Shown here piece by piece: positions 18,737 to 28,635 of a stretch of 64,000 bases of DNA. Origin of the DNA: Acidobacteriota bacterium (GTDB taxonomy: Bacteria; Acidobacteriota; Thermoanaerobaculia; Multivoradales; UBA5704). Made by a program: the position numbers and the translations under genes. Each line of letters opens with the position of its first letter. The stretch's first letter is position 1. Where the stretch lies: NCBI GenBank assembly GCA_040005235.1, contig JBDTZG010000010.1, forward strand, positions 58,292 to 122,291. Direction: 5' to 3'. The notes under the pieces were generated by a model that was given only the letters and a program-made list of their open reading frames with translations, did not search any database and was not told the origin of the DNA.

Positions 18737-18824
18737 GCGAAAGTGGCGGAATTTGGTAGACGCGCAAGATTCAGGATCTTGTGGTCGCAAGGCCGTGGGG
18801 GTTCGAGTCCCCCCTTTCGCACCA
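18737..18824 (+). tRNA. tRNA-Leu(CAG)
   Basis: GCGAAAGTGGCGGAATTTGGTAGACGCG-CAAGA-TT-CAG-GA-TCTTG, long variable arm, GGTTCGAGTCC...TTTCGCACCA. Confidence 0.95.
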
Positions 18825-18837
18825 TCCCCGTTCTCCC

Positions 18838-20667
18838 TCACAAAATCTTCCACACCCTAGCTTTTCCGTCGTCGTAGACGAGCTGGAATCGTTGCGCGAA
18901 GCTTGGATCGCGCGGCAACGGCGGCTCCGCAGCGACGATCGTCAGCAGGTGGGTGACACCCCTCGCACGAAGCCCTTCGGCCAGCAAATCGCCCGAGGTC
19001 AGGAGCTTGAGGATCTCTGAATAAGGCGTCCGGCCTCGCCAGTCGCCTTGATATCGGCCGGGTGCATAGTACGCGTGGTTCTCGGCGTAGAAGCCGTAGA
19101 CGGACGCCGCGGACCCTTCGGTCCGGGCCAGAAACCGCAGCGCCGGATAGGCGGGAAACCGGTCGGCGAGAAATACCTCGCGCGCCGCGGGCGAGGCCGG
19201 AAGCGGTCCCTGCCGATGCAGATGGTAGAGGCTCCAGAGCCACGCCGGAGCGAGCGCCAATAGGACCGCCGCAGGCAGCATCAACCGGTGCGGGCCGAGC
19301 CGGGGAGCGAGGCTCAAAGCCGCCGCGAGGCTGAGCAGCGGCACGATCGGCAGGAGATAGCGCGCGTCGATCGGCAGGAATAGAAATGCACCCAAGTAGG
19401 CGAGCGATGCGCCAAGCAAGAGGCGAATCCGGCGATTCCTCCAAAGGGCAAGGAGCGTCGCGGCGAGCGCGAGGATCAGAACCGGCGACCAGGGCGGCAT
19501 GCGCCCGAACTCCGGACGGCCAAAGGTCAGCGTCCACGGCAGCCGCAACATCTGGATGAGCTGCGAATGTCCGTTCCCCTCGGACCAGGGAGCCAGCTCG
19601 GCCGGCCCGCCCCAGACCGACTCGCCGAACAACCGCGCAAAGAGCGGAAAGAAGGGATTGCCGGTATAGACCGCGTTCCGGACATACCAGGACAGGGCGA
19701 AGAGCAGAACGCCCCCGAAGCTCCAAGCCAGACGGCGAAATCGCTCGAACTTGCCCTCCGCTCGGGCGAACAGTGCGACGGCGAGGACCGCGCCGACCGG
19801 AAACAGTCCGAAGTACTTCACCCCGGCGGCCGAGCCCGCGAAGATCCCCGCGAGGCCCCAGCGCCGCGGATCGTCCGGCGCCGCGTCAAAACGGTCGATC
19901 TGATCGAAGGCGGCGACCCCGAACAGCACCAGCACCGGCTCGCAATAGGCCGTACCCGAAAGGTAGGCGACGATCGGTCCGCCCAGGAACAGCGCCGCCG
20001 CAAGCTCGCCGACGCCCGAGGCCCTCCCCTCGCCCCCCTCGGCGGAGACTCGCTTCGCCCAGCCGAACAGAATCGCCGCGGTCGAGAGCGTCGCGATCAG
20101 CGAGAGGAGCTGCGCCGCGCGGTCGCCATCAAGGATCATCGCCTCGGCGAACAGCACCTCGCTCGCCTGGGGGAAGATCGGGAACCGCAGGTCGGCCAGA
20201 AACGGCAGGCCCCCGGTCGCGACGAAGGCCCTGGCGAACGGCAGGTGGTACATCGTGGTGTCGAACCCCGTCGGCGGATAGAGCGCAAGGGCCACGAGGG
20301 GGAGGAGGACGACGAGCAGGACGGCCCCACGAGGAGCCGAGAGCCGTAGGGGCGGAGCTTGCCTCCGCCCGGGGCCCTTTCGGCGAGGAGAAATCGCCAG
20401 AAGCCCAGCCGCCACCACCGCCACCCCTCCTACCAGCCCCCAGAACGTCAGCCAGCCGCAGATCCCGAGCCAAAATCCGAGCGCGGCGAGGAGCGCGAGC
20501 CCGAGCGCCACGTCCACCCCCGCTCGACCGATCCGCTCGTCTCCTCGCCTCTGCGTCCAGAGCGCCCGGCCGGCCGTCGAACCGAGCCACCAGGCCGCTC
20601 CTCCGAGTCCCGCAGCGGCGAGGAGCGGCCGGGCAAGATCGGCGAGGGCGGAAAAGAATTCGATCAT
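18838..20667 (-). CDS. Polytopic membrane glycosyltransferase, GT-C (ArnT/PMT-like)
   Basis: Many TM segments; PPTGFDTTMYHLP, GVKYFG, WYVRNAVYTGNPFFP. Confidence 0.75.
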   Translation of the reverse strand: MIEFFSALADLARPLLAAAGLGGAAWWLGSTAGRALWTQRRGDERIGRAGVDVALGLALLAALGFWLGICGWLTFWGLVGGVAVVAAGLLAISPRRKGPGRRQAPPLRLSAPRGAVLLVVLLPLVALALYPPTGFDTTMYHLPFARAFVATGGLPFLADLRFPIFPQASEVLFAEAMILDGDRAAQLLSLIATLSTAAILFGWAKRVSAEGGEGRASGVGELAAALFLGGPIVAYLSGTAYCEPVLVLFGVAAFDQIDRFDAAPDDPRRWGLAGIFAGSAAGVKYFGLFPVGAVLAVALFARAEGKFERFRRLAWSFGGVLLFALSWYVRNAVYTGNPFFPLFARLFGESVWGGPAELAPWSEGNGHSQLIQMLRLPWTLTFGRPEFGRMPPWSPVLILALAATLLALWRNRRIRLLLGASLAYLGAFLFLPIDARYLLPIVPLLSLAAALSLAPRLGPHRLMLPAAVLLALAPAWLWSLYHLHRQGPLPASPAAREVFLADRFPAYPALRFLARTEGSAASVYGFYAENHAYYAPGRYQGDWRGRTPYSEILKLLTSGDLLAEGLRARGVTHLLTIVAAEPPLPRDPSFAQRFQLVYDDGKARVWKIL

Positions 20668-20832
20668 CCGGGGGCCTTGGCGGGAGGTAAATCCTATGCT
20701 GTCTTCGCTCTCCGCGGGCGCCGCCCGGTTCCCGCCCCTGTTTCCGAGCGCCTACCCTATCTTGTGGTCCGCTGCAACCTACTCCCCTACGCCTTGTAGC
20801 TTTTCTCAGGCCTCTGGTAATCTTTCCGGCCC

Positions 20833-23800
20833 ATGCTGAAAGTCGAACGCCTCGAGATCTCCGGTTTCAAATCCTTCGTCGATCCAGTCGCGGTCGACTT
20901 TGCCGGCGGCGTCACTGCGATCGTCGGCCCAAACGGTTGCGGCAAGTCGAACCTCTCCGAGGCGATGACCTGGGTGCTCGGCGAGCAGAGCGCCAAATCG
21001 CTCCGCGGCGGCACGATGGAAGACGTCATCTTCAACGGCACCGACAGCCGAAAGCCGCTCGGTATGGCGGAAGCCACCCTCACCCTCCGCACCGACCCGA
21101 GCTTTCCGCATGCGAACGACGGCAAGCTGACGATTACCCGGCGCGTCTTCCGCGGCGGTGAGAGCCAATACAAGCTGAACGGCAAGACGGTGCGTTTAAA
21201 GGAGATCCGCGACCTGCTGATGGACACCGGCCTCGGCCTGCGCGCCTATTCGGTGATCGAGCAGGGGAAGATCGGGATGATCCTCTCCGGCAAGCCGCAA
21301 GAGCGCCGAAAACTGCTCGAAGAGGCGGCCGGCGTCACCCGCTACAAGGCGAGGAAGGCGATCGCCGAGGTTAAGCTCGAAGAGGCGACCGCGAACCTGC
21401 TGCGGCTCGACGACGTAATCTCCGAAGTCGAGCGCTCGGTGCGCACCTTGAAGCGCCAGGCCTCGGCGGCCAAGCGCTTCCAGGAAAAAGAGGTCGAGTA
21501 CCGCGAGCTTTTGGAGAAAGTTCTCCTGGAACGCTGGGCGGTGCTCGCCACCCGGCTGATCGAGCTGCAGACCCGTCTCGACATCGCGGTCTCCCGGGAG
21601 GCCGAGCTGGCCGCGGACCTTCACCGCGACGAGGCGGAAATCGCCGCCGGGCGCGAGCGGCTGGACGAGCTGGGCCGCGCGGTCGCCACGCGCCACCAGC
21701 GCCACGCCGAGCTGGGCACGCGGGTGGAGGGGCGCCAGCAGCTGATCAAGGGGAGCCGCGAAACCCTGCGCGAAATCGGCGAGCGAGGCGCTCAGGCGCA
21801 GGCTCTCGCGGAGCGGCGCCAGGCCGAGATCGGTGATCACGAAGAGGCGCTCGCCGCGCTTGAAAACCGCCGCGCCGAGCAGATCGCCGAGCGCGACGAC
21901 GCGGCCTCGGCGGTCGAGTCGGACGAGCGGCAGGTGGCATCCGCCGACCGCGAGCTGCAACTCGCCCACGCGCGGCTCGAATCGCTGCGCCGCGAGACGC
22001 TCGCCGCCGCGACCGAGATCAACGCCGTGCGCCAACGCGCCCAGCACGCCCAGATCGAGCTGGAAAAAGGCAACTACCGCCTGCACCACCTCGACCGCGA
22101 GATCGAGCAGCATGGCGCCGAGCTGGCCCAGGCGCGCGAGGGGCTGGAGCTGGCGCGCGAAAAAGTGCTGGCTTTAGAAGGCCGGCTCGGCGAGCGCGCC
22201 GCGGAATCCGAGCGGACGATCGCCGCTCTCGAAGCGCTGATGCGCCGCGAGGCCGAGGCGACCGACGGCCGACGGAAGCTCGAAGACCAGCTGTCCCAAA
22301 GCCGCAACCGGCAGCGCATTCTGGCCGAGCTGTCGCGCGCCGACGCCGAGCGGCGGCGAAACCTGGTTTCGGCGCTCGAAGCGGCCGGCCACTCCGAACC
22401 CCGCTTTCTGGCCGAGCAGGCCGATCCGCTGGAGGGTTGGGAGCGCGCGCTCGACTTCTACCTCGGCGAGCTGGCCGACGCCGTGTTGCTCGCTCCCGGC
22501 CACGATCCCCTGGCCCTCGCCGACGCGCTCGCCGGCCGGGCGGAGGCGGCGTTGATCGCGCCCATCGCTCCGAACACTACTCACCACCCGCACGCGCACG
22601 ATTTCGATCCCAGCGAAGTGCCGGCGGCGCTCGCCCGGATCACCGCCGACTCAGGCGTCCACCTTTCGGTCGGCGAGGCCCTCGGCTTCCCCGAGGATCT
22701 CGCCGCAGCGCTCCCGCCCGCGTTCCTGGTCAAAAGCCCCGAAGACGCGCGCCGCCTGGCCGCCACGCACTCCGGCGTCGCCTTCCTCTGCCGCGAAGGG
22801 CTGTGGATCGAAAACGGTACTCTGCGCGTCGAGGGCGAACGAGCGACCCCCGGCGTGCTCGAACGGGAGCGCGACCTCGCCGAATTGGGCCGGGCGATTC
22901 CCGACCTCGAAGCGCGCCTCGCCAGGGCCGTCTCCGAGTTGGAACGACTGCTCGCCGATCGCTCGCAGATGGCGAAGGATTCGAACCGGCTCCAGACCGA
23001 AGTCGGCCAGCTTCGTCAGGAGGTGGCCGTCGGCCGCGCCCGCGCCGAGGACTCCGCGCAGCGCGAGCGGCGCCTCGCGACCGAAGGCGAAAAGCTCGGC
23101 GCGGAGCGCACGACGATCGCCGCCGATCTGGACAAGGTAGGGGTCAAAGGTCGCGAGCTGGCGAGCGAACTCGGCCTCGCCGAAGAAAAGCAGACAGGCC
23201 TCGCCGAGCGCTTCGATCGCGCGCAAGCGGAGCTGGATGCCGCCAAGGGCGCCCGAGAAAGCCTGCGCGCCGAAAGCGCCGGCCGCCGCGGTCGTCTCGA
23301 CCTGCTCGAAGAGCGGCTCGATTCGCTGAACCGCGAGATCGCCCGCCTCTCCGGAGAGCTGGAAACCGGTCGCCGCCAGATTGCGGCCTGGACCGAGGAG
23401 AGCGACAGGTTGGGCGAGCGCCGCGCGCAGATCGAAGAAGAGGTGGCGCGCGCCGAGGTCGAGCTGCAGGCCGCGCTCGAAGAGCGCGTGGTGGTCGAGA
23501 GCCAGGTGCTCGCCGATCAGGCAACGCTCGACGATCACCGCCAGAGTCTCCGCGGGCTCGACGAGCGGATTCTGGTCTATCGCGAGCAGCGCGACACCGT
23601 GCGTTCCGAAGTCGAGGAGCTGCGCATCCAAAAGGTCGGGCTAGAGCACGACGTGCAGCACCTCGGCGAAACCCACCGCCAGGAGTTCGAGCGCGAGCTG
23701 CCCGATCCCGCCCCCGCGCCTTCCGGAGCACTCGCCGAGCTGGACGTCGAGCTGTCGCGCTGCAAGGCGACGCTCGATCGCTTAGGTCCGGTGAACGTGC

Positions 23801-24405
23801 TCGCGCTCCAAGAACACGACGAACAGGAGGAGCGGTTCACCTTCCTCACCGTCCAACGAGCCGACGTGGTCAAGTCGGTCGAGAGCCTGCGGCAGACGAT
23901 CAAAGAGATCAACCAGACCTCCGCCGAGCGCTTCCGCGAAACGTTCGTGGTGGTCAACCAGGCGTTCGGCGAGGTGTTCCAGCACCTGTTCCGCGGCGGC
24001 GAAGCCGAGATGCGCCTGCTCGACGAGGACGATCCGCTCGAAAGCGGCATCGAGATCGTCGCCCGCCCGCCGGGCAAACGGCTCCAGAACCTCATGCTGC
24101 TGTCCGGCGGCGAAAAGGCGCTCACCGCGATCGCCCTCCTGTTCGCGCTCTTCCGCTCGAAGCCCTCGCCGTTCTGCATCCTCGACGAAGTCGACGCGCC
24201 GCTCGACGACATCAACACCTCCCGTTTCGCCGACCTCCTGCACCAGATGTCGAAGCAGGACACCCAGTTCATCGTGATCACCCACAACAAACTCACGATG
24301 GAGATCGCCTCCAACCTCTACGGCGTCACGATGGAAGAAAAAGGCGTCTCGAAGCTGGTCTCGGTCCAGATCGAAGCGCTGCAACCGGAGCGGGCGGTCG
24401 CGTAA
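20833..24405 (+). CDS. smc: Chromosome segregation protein SMC
   Basis: GFKSF, GPNGCGKSN, long coiled coils, LSGGEK, LDEVDAPLD, VITHNK. Confidence 0.97.
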   Translation: MLKVERLEISGFKSFVDPVAVDFAGGVTAIVGPNGCGKSNLSEAMTWVLGEQSAKSLRGGTMEDVIFNGTDSRKPLGMAEATLTLRTDPSFPHANDGKLTITRRVFRGGESQYKLNGKTVRLKEIRDLLMDTGLGLRAYSVIEQGKIGMILSGKPQERRKLLEEAAGVTRYKARKAIAEVKLEEATANLLRLDDVISEVERSVRTLKRQASAAKRFQEKEVEYRELLEKVLLERWAVLATRLIELQTRLDIAVSREAELAADLHRDEAEIAAGRERLDELGRAVATRHQRHAELGTRVEGRQQLIKGSRETLREIGERGAQAQALAERRQAEIGDHEEALAALENRRAEQIAERDDAASAVESDERQVASADRELQLAHARLESLRRETLAAATEINAVRQRAQHAQIELEKGNYRLHHLDREIEQHGAELAQAREGLELAREKVLALEGRLGERAAESERTIAALEALMRREAEATDGRRKLEDQLSQSRNRQRILAELSRADAERRRNLVSALEAAGHSEPRFLAEQADPLEGWERALDFYLGELADAVLLAPGHDPLALADALAGRAEAALIAPIAPNTTHHPHAHDFDPSEVPAALARITADSGVHLSVGEALGFPEDLAAALPPAFLVKSPEDARRLAATHSGVAFLCREGLWIENGTLRVEGERATPGVLERERDLAELGRAIPDLEARLARAVSELERLLADRSQMAKDSNRLQTEVGQLRQEVAVGRARAEDSAQRERRLATEGEKLGAERTTIAADLDKVGVKGRELASELGLAEEKQTGLAERFDRAQAELDAAKGARESLRAESAGRRGRLDLLEERLDSLNREIARLSGELETGRRQIAAWTEESDRLGERRAQIEEEVARAEVELQAALEERVVVESQVLADQATLDDHRQSLRGLDERILVYREQRDTVRSEVEELRIQKVGLEHDVQHLGETHRQEFERELPDPAPAPSGALAELDVELSRCKATLDRLGPVNVLALQEHDEQEERFTFLTVQRADVVKSVESLRQTIKEINQTSAERFRETFVVVNQAFGEVFQHLFRGGEAEMRLLDEDDPLESGIEIVARPPGKRLQNLMLLSGGEKALTAIALLFALFRSKPSPFCILDEVDAPLDDINTSRFADLLHQMSKQDTQFIVITHNKLTMEIASNLYGVTMEEKGVSKLVSVQIEALQPERAVA

Positions 24406-24485
24406 AAAGGCGGCGAAAGGTCCTGAAGGGGCGCTACAATCATAATCGCGCTATGAAGACGGCGCGCCTAAACCGGAGGTGATTG

Positions 24486-24902
24486 ATGGATAGGAACCGG
24501 ACAATCCAGATTTCCTACTTCTTGCTGCGCGTAGTGTCGGGCTTTCTGCTCTTCCAATCCGGAGCTATGAAATGGTTCGGCCTATTCGGCGGAATGCCGA
24601 AAGGCTCTCCCCCGTTCGAGCTGGGGTCGCAGATGGGAGTCGGCGCAGTGATCGAAGTCGTCGGCGGGCTCTGCATCCTGCTCGGTCTCTTCACGCGCCC
24701 CGCAGCGTTCATCTGCTCCGGCATGATGGCGGTCGCCTATTGGCAGTTCCACGCGCCTAACGGCACTTGGCCCGCCCAGAACTTCGGCATGCCCGCCGTC
24801 CTGCTCTGTTTCATCTTCCTCTACATCGCAGCGGAGGGAGGCGGCCCCTGGAGTCTCGATGCGCAGATCTTCGGCAAGAGTCAGGCGTCCAGAAAAGCTT
24901 GA
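24486..24902 (+). CDS. DoxX family membrane protein
   Basis: LRVVSGFL...EVVGGLCILLGLFTRPAAF...GGGPWSLD. Confidence 0.9.
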   Translation: MDRNRTIQISYFLLRVVSGFLLFQSGAMKWFGLFGGMPKGSPPFELGSQMGVGAVIEVVGGLCILLGLFTRPAAFICSGMMAVAYWQFHAPNGTWPAQNFGMPAVLLCFIFLYIAAEGGGPWSLDAQIFGKSQASRKA

Positions 24903-24941
24903 GCTCGTTCATCACAGCTTGAACCTTACCCGGAGAGCCCC

Positions 24942-25469
24942 ATGCTCAAAATCATCGGCATCGTCATCGTCGTTCTGATCGCCCTCCTGCTCGTGATCGC
25001 CGCGACCAAGCCGGACACGTTCCACTTGGAGCGTGTTACGACCATCCAGGCGCCGGCCGAGAAGATCTTTCCCCTGATCAACGACTTCCACAACTGGACG
25101 GCCTGGTCGCCTTGGGAAAAGCTGGATCCGGCCTTGACCCGCACCTACAGCGGAGCCTCGGAAGGACCGGGCGCGAAGTACGCGTGGAAAGGCAACAGCC
25201 AGGTCGGCGAAGGAACGATGGAGATCACCGACGCCACCGCCCCGTCCCGGGTGGGCATCCAGCTCCACTTCATCAAACCGTTCGAAGCGACCAACCAAGT
25301 CGAATTCACCCTCGAAGGTCAGGGCGATTCGACGAAAGTGACATGGGCGATGGACGGCAAGAATCCGTTCCTCTCCAAGGTCATGCAGGTGTTCATGAGC
25401 ATGGACAAAATGGTCGGCAAGGACTTCGAGTCCGGGCTCGCGAACCTTAAAGCCGCCGCCGAGAAGTGA
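24942..25469 (+). CDS. SRPBCC/polyketide cyclase family protein
   Basis: ERVTTIQAPAEKIFPLINDFHNWTAWSPW...GKDFESGLANLK. Confidence 0.9.
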   Translation: MLKIIGIVIVVLIALLLVIAATKPDTFHLERVTTIQAPAEKIFPLINDFHNWTAWSPWEKLDPALTRTYSGASEGPGAKYAWKGNSQVGEGTMEITDATAPSRVGIQLHFIKPFEATNQVEFTLEGQGDSTKVTWAMDGKNPFLSKVMQVFMSMDKMVGKDFESGLANLKAAAEK

Positions 25470-25480
25470 CGCCGGAGAAT

Positions 25481-25513
25481 GAGGCTGCCGTGAGAAAGGC
25501 TCACGGCGGCCTC
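25481..25513 (+). terminator. Stem-loop after the SRPBCC gene
   Basis: GAGGCTGCCGTGAG-AAAGG-CTCACGGCGGCCTC; the U-tract is weak. Confidence 0.5.
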
Positions 25514-25539
25514 ACCAATCCTCTTTAAGCATTTCCCCC

Positions 25540-26271
25540 ATGTCCCGCAGCCCATTTCTCACCGCCCGCTGGGAGCGCCTCGTCCTGCTCAATTACGAGG
25601 TGGACCCGAGCCTCCTGCGGCCTCTCGTGCCAGCCGGCACCGAGCTCGATCACTGGGATAATCGCTGCCTGATGAGCCTGGTCGGGTTCCGCTTCCTGGA
25701 CACGCGGCTGCTCGGGATTCCCATTCCCGGCCACCGCGACTTCGATGAGGTGAACCTGCGCTTCTACGTCCGGCGAAGGGGCGACGACGGCATCTGGCGC
25801 CGCGCCGTCGTGTTCGTCCGCGAGCTGGTCCCTCGTTGGGCGATCGCGACCCTCGCCCGGTGGGTCTACAACGAGCCCTACCTTGCGGTGCCCATGACCC
25901 ACGACATCCGCGTGACGCCGGATGCGGGGGGCTCCGCCACCTACGGCTGGCGTTACCGTCTGGCCTCTTTCGCTCTCTCGGCAGAGGTGGAGGGACCGGC
26001 CCGACCGCTTGTCCCCAGCTCGGAGGCTGAGTTCATCACCGAGCACTACTGGGGTTACACCCGCCAACGCGACGGCGGCACGCTCGAATACCAGGTCGAA
26101 CATCCCCCTTGGAACGTCTGGACGGCCGCCCGAGCGACCTTCACCGGGCCGGGAGAGCTTCTCTACGGACCCGACTTCGGGCCGATTCTCGCCCGGCCTC
26201 CCGTTTCCGCGTTTCTCGCGGTGGGTTCGCCCATCGCGGTCCACCAGGGCGTACGGTTGGCGATTCCCTAA
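25540..26271 (+). CDS. DUF2071 (YqjF) family protein
   Basis: FLTARWERLVLLNYEVDP...FDEVNLRFYV...FITEHYWGY...VEHPPW. Confidence 0.9.
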   Translation: MSRSPFLTARWERLVLLNYEVDPSLLRPLVPAGTELDHWDNRCLMSLVGFRFLDTRLLGIPIPGHRDFDEVNLRFYVRRRGDDGIWRRAVVFVRELVPRWAIATLARWVYNEPYLAVPMTHDIRVTPDAGGSATYGWRYRLASFALSAEVEGPARPLVPSSEAEFITEHYWGYTRQRDGGTLEYQVEHPPWNVWTAARATFTGPGELLYGPDFGPILARPPVSAFLAVGSPIAVHQGVRLAIP

Positions 26272-26681
26272 CCGAACATCTTCACCGCCGCCGTAATGAA
26301 ACAGGCGGTGGCGATGGCGATGCCCGTGGTGGGGGTACGGAACCAGTAGCGCAGGCCCAGCGCGAGGTACCCAAGGCTGAAAAGAATCGCCAGGATCAGG
26401 AAACTCGGCGAGCTGCGCAGCAAGTCCATGTGGCGGAACCCGAGCAGCAGGTAGACGGCGGAGAGCAACATGCCGCCCAGGCTGTGGCTGCCGTTGAAGC
26501 CGATCCATGCGTTCCACATCGTGAGCCGGCGGGTGAGGACCGGGGAGGTTGCCTTCATCGCTTCGTTGACGCGCGGATCGAGGGCGTCGAACTTGTTGGT
26601 GAAAAAGGTGTAGGCCAGGTGCGCGGTAGCGAGGAAACCGAAGATCCCGGCGCCGAGAAGAATCAGTACCTGTTCGATCAT
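26268..26681 (-). CDS. Small 4-TM membrane protein (LIC_13387-like), last gene of the MNIO operon
   Basis: HLAYTF...MWNAWIGFNGSHSLG...YWF; overlaps the stop of the upstream gene. Confidence 0.75.
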   Translation of the reverse strand: MIEQVLILLGAGIFGFLATAHLAYTFFTNKFDALDPRVNEAMKATSPVLTRRLTMWNAWIGFNGSHSLGGMLLSAVYLLLGFRHMDLLRSSPSFLILAILFSLGYLALGLRYWFRTPTTGIAIATACFITAAVKMFG

Positions 26682-27589
26682 GTCCCCTCCGGCGGTGCGA
26701 CGCCGCGGAAGAATCCGGCGGCGGTCCAAGCGGCGAAAGAGCGCTCGATCTCGCGGGCGAGATCCGCACCGGGGGCGGCGACCTCGGAGGCTTTTTCCAG
26801 CGCTCCTCCCACGGTCCCCCCGGCGACGATGGCAGCGAGGAGGGCATGTTCGACCGGCGAGAGCGGATGTCGCCGCACGACGTAATCGCGACGGCAGAGC
26901 GCCAGATGCTCGACTCCGGGAACCGGGTACTCCAGCTCGTCGTCCTCTACCGCCTTGCGCGCGGCGGTGTAGAGGTCGTTGAGCGGAAAGCGGAAGGTAA
27001 GCAGCCGAAGCGAAGGAGAGGGAATCAGGCGCACGGAGGCGACGCCTTCCGCCCCGAGCGCTTGGAGAGCTTCGACCGAAAACGGCGGCTCTCCTTCGAG
27101 CCCCGGGCCGTCGAACACCCGGGCGATCGCGTGCTCGAAGCGGGCGAGATCGGCGAGCATCTCGGGCCAGGCGGGGGGATCGCCAGCGTCGGGGGCGCGA
27201 GTCTCTTCGAGGAACTGCGCGAACCGGTCGCCCAGGCGGTCGAGCGTGTAGCTGCGCGACGGATAGCGCTGAAGGTATTCGAACGCGATCGGCTCGAACA
27301 GCTCGGGCCCCAGGACGCGCCGCAGGATCGGAAAGCATTCGCCGAGGCATTCAAGCAGCCGCGCGTAATAGGCGTGTGCGTAGATCCCGACCCGCTCGCT
27401 GGCGGTCAAGTTGTGAGAGCGGCGGACGATCCGCTCCAACTCGTCGCGGCCGAGGCCGATCAGGCGTTGCGCTTCGTCCCCGGATAGGCCGCTCGCCACC
27501 CCGTCCGGGTGGCTGATCACCGCTTGAAACCAGTTTTGGACCACATCGAGAGCGGGTTCCTCAGGCGGCTCGGAATCTCCCCGGCTCAT
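26678..27589 (-). CDS. DUF2063 / HvfC-BufC-like MNIO partner protein
   Basis: ERVGIYAHAYYARLLECL...FP...YL..YPSRSYTL..LG..FAQFL...DLARFE; directly downstream of DUF692. Confidence 0.85.
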   Translation of the reverse strand: MSRGDSEPPEEPALDVVQNWFQAVISHPDGVASGLSGDEAQRLIGLGRDELERIVRRSHNLTASERVGIYAHAYYARLLECLGECFPILRRVLGPELFEPIAFEYLQRYPSRSYTLDRLGDRFAQFLEETRAPDAGDPPAWPEMLADLARFEHAIARVFDGPGLEGEPPFSVEALQALGAEGVASVRLIPSPSLRLLTFRFPLNDLYTAARKAVEDDELEYPVPGVEHLALCRRDYVVRRHPLSPVEHALLAAIVAGGTVGGALEKASEVAAPGADLAREIERSFAAWTAAGFFRGVAPPEGT

Positions 27590-27596
27590 ACGCGGC

Positions 27597-28592
27597 TCAT
27601 GCGACATCCGGCCGGATGTGATGGAGGGGGTGCGGCGCGGGCTCCTCGCCGAGCGGTGCCGCGAACGGCGCATCCCGCCAAGGCTCCCGAGCGCGATCGG
27701 TAGGTCTCGCGGCTCTTTCGGTTTCGGCGGTTTGGGGAGTTTCGGCGTTTTCCGCGAGAGGCTCGGTGAACCGTTTCGCTTTCAGCACCTCGGCGTGGAC
27801 CACGTCGAACGGCGGAATGTGCGCGTCCCATTCGAGCAGGGTCGAAGCGCCGCCGGTCAGCTGGTGGGCCAGCCGGTAGAGATCCCAGACCGCGTCGATC
27901 ACCGGGTGGTCGTGGGTGTCGATCAGATGGGTGCCGTAGTCGCTGTGGCCGGCGAGATGGAACTGGACGATGCGCTCGTGCGGCAGCGAGCGGACGAACT
28001 CCTCCGGCTCCAGGTCGTGGTTGAAGCTCGACACGTAGACGTTGTTGACGTCGAGCAGCAGGCCGCAATCGGCCTCTTCGGCCATCCGGCCGATGAACTC
28101 CCACTCCTCCATCGTCGAGTGGGCGAATGTCACGTACGAGCTGGGATTTTCCAGCACCAGCGGCCGTTCGAGGATGTCCTGGACGATCTTGATCCGCTCG
28201 ACGACATGACGGAGCGTCGCCTCGGTGAATGGCACCGGTAGAAGGTCGTGGGTGTTCTTGCCCAGCACTCCAGTCCAGCAAAGGTGGTCGGAGACCCAGG
28301 CCGCCTTCACTTCGGCGGCCAGGGATTTCAACTTCTTGAGGTAAAGGCGATCGAGCGGATCGGTCGAACCGATCGAGAGAGAAACCCCGTGGAGCACCAC
28401 CGGGTAGCGCTCGGCGATCTGGCGCAGCACGTGCCGCGGGCGCCCTTGGGAATCGACGTAGTTCTCGCTGATCACCTCGAACCAATCGACCGCCGGCTGC
28501 TCGGCGAGGATGTGCTCGAAGTGAACCGAGCGGAGGCCGACGCCGGCCCCCAGGTTCGGATTCCCAAGACGCGGGGCGATCCGAGAGCTCAT
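27597..28592 (-). CDS. DUF692 multinuclear non-heme iron oxidative enzyme (MNIO, BufB/HvfB-like)
   Basis: GVGLRSVH, WFEVISEN, HGVSLSIG, SDHLCW, LENPSSY, LLDVNNVYV, HLAGH, IDTH, LLEWD. Confidence 0.95.
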   Translation of the reverse strand: MSSRIAPRLGNPNLGAGVGLRSVHFEHILAEQPAVDWFEVISENYVDSQGRPRHVLRQIAERYPVVLHGVSLSIGSTDPLDRLYLKKLKSLAAEVKAAWVSDHLCWTGVLGKNTHDLLPVPFTEATLRHVVERIKIVQDILERPLVLENPSSYVTFAHSTMEEWEFIGRMAEEADCGLLLDVNNVYVSSFNHDLEPEEFVRSLPHERIVQFHLAGHSDYGTHLIDTHDHPVIDAVWDLYRLAHQLTGGASTLLEWDAHIPPFDVVHAEVLKAKRFTEPLAENAETPQTAETERAARPTDRAREPWRDAPFAAPLGEEPAPHPLHHIRPDVA

Positions 28593-28635
28593 CGGCCGCG
28601 GCCCGCCCGCTTGGTCTTTACCGCGCGGAAAATCT

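Noticed and set aside
17958-18767. 269-aa minus-strand ORF and 308-aa plus-strand ORF across the rnr-tRNA-Leu gap
   Set aside because: No recognisable domain; they overlap the tRNA or rnr. The shared 'AELEEICA'/'RTDFFQLCT' strings are just the inverted repeat read on both strands.
22437-24482. Long alternative-frame ORFs (e.g. 681 aa here, 725 aa at 38523..40700, 554 aa at 49343..51007)
   Set aside because: Arg/Pro/Gly-rich shadow ORFs typical of high-GC DNA, overlapping well-supported genes.
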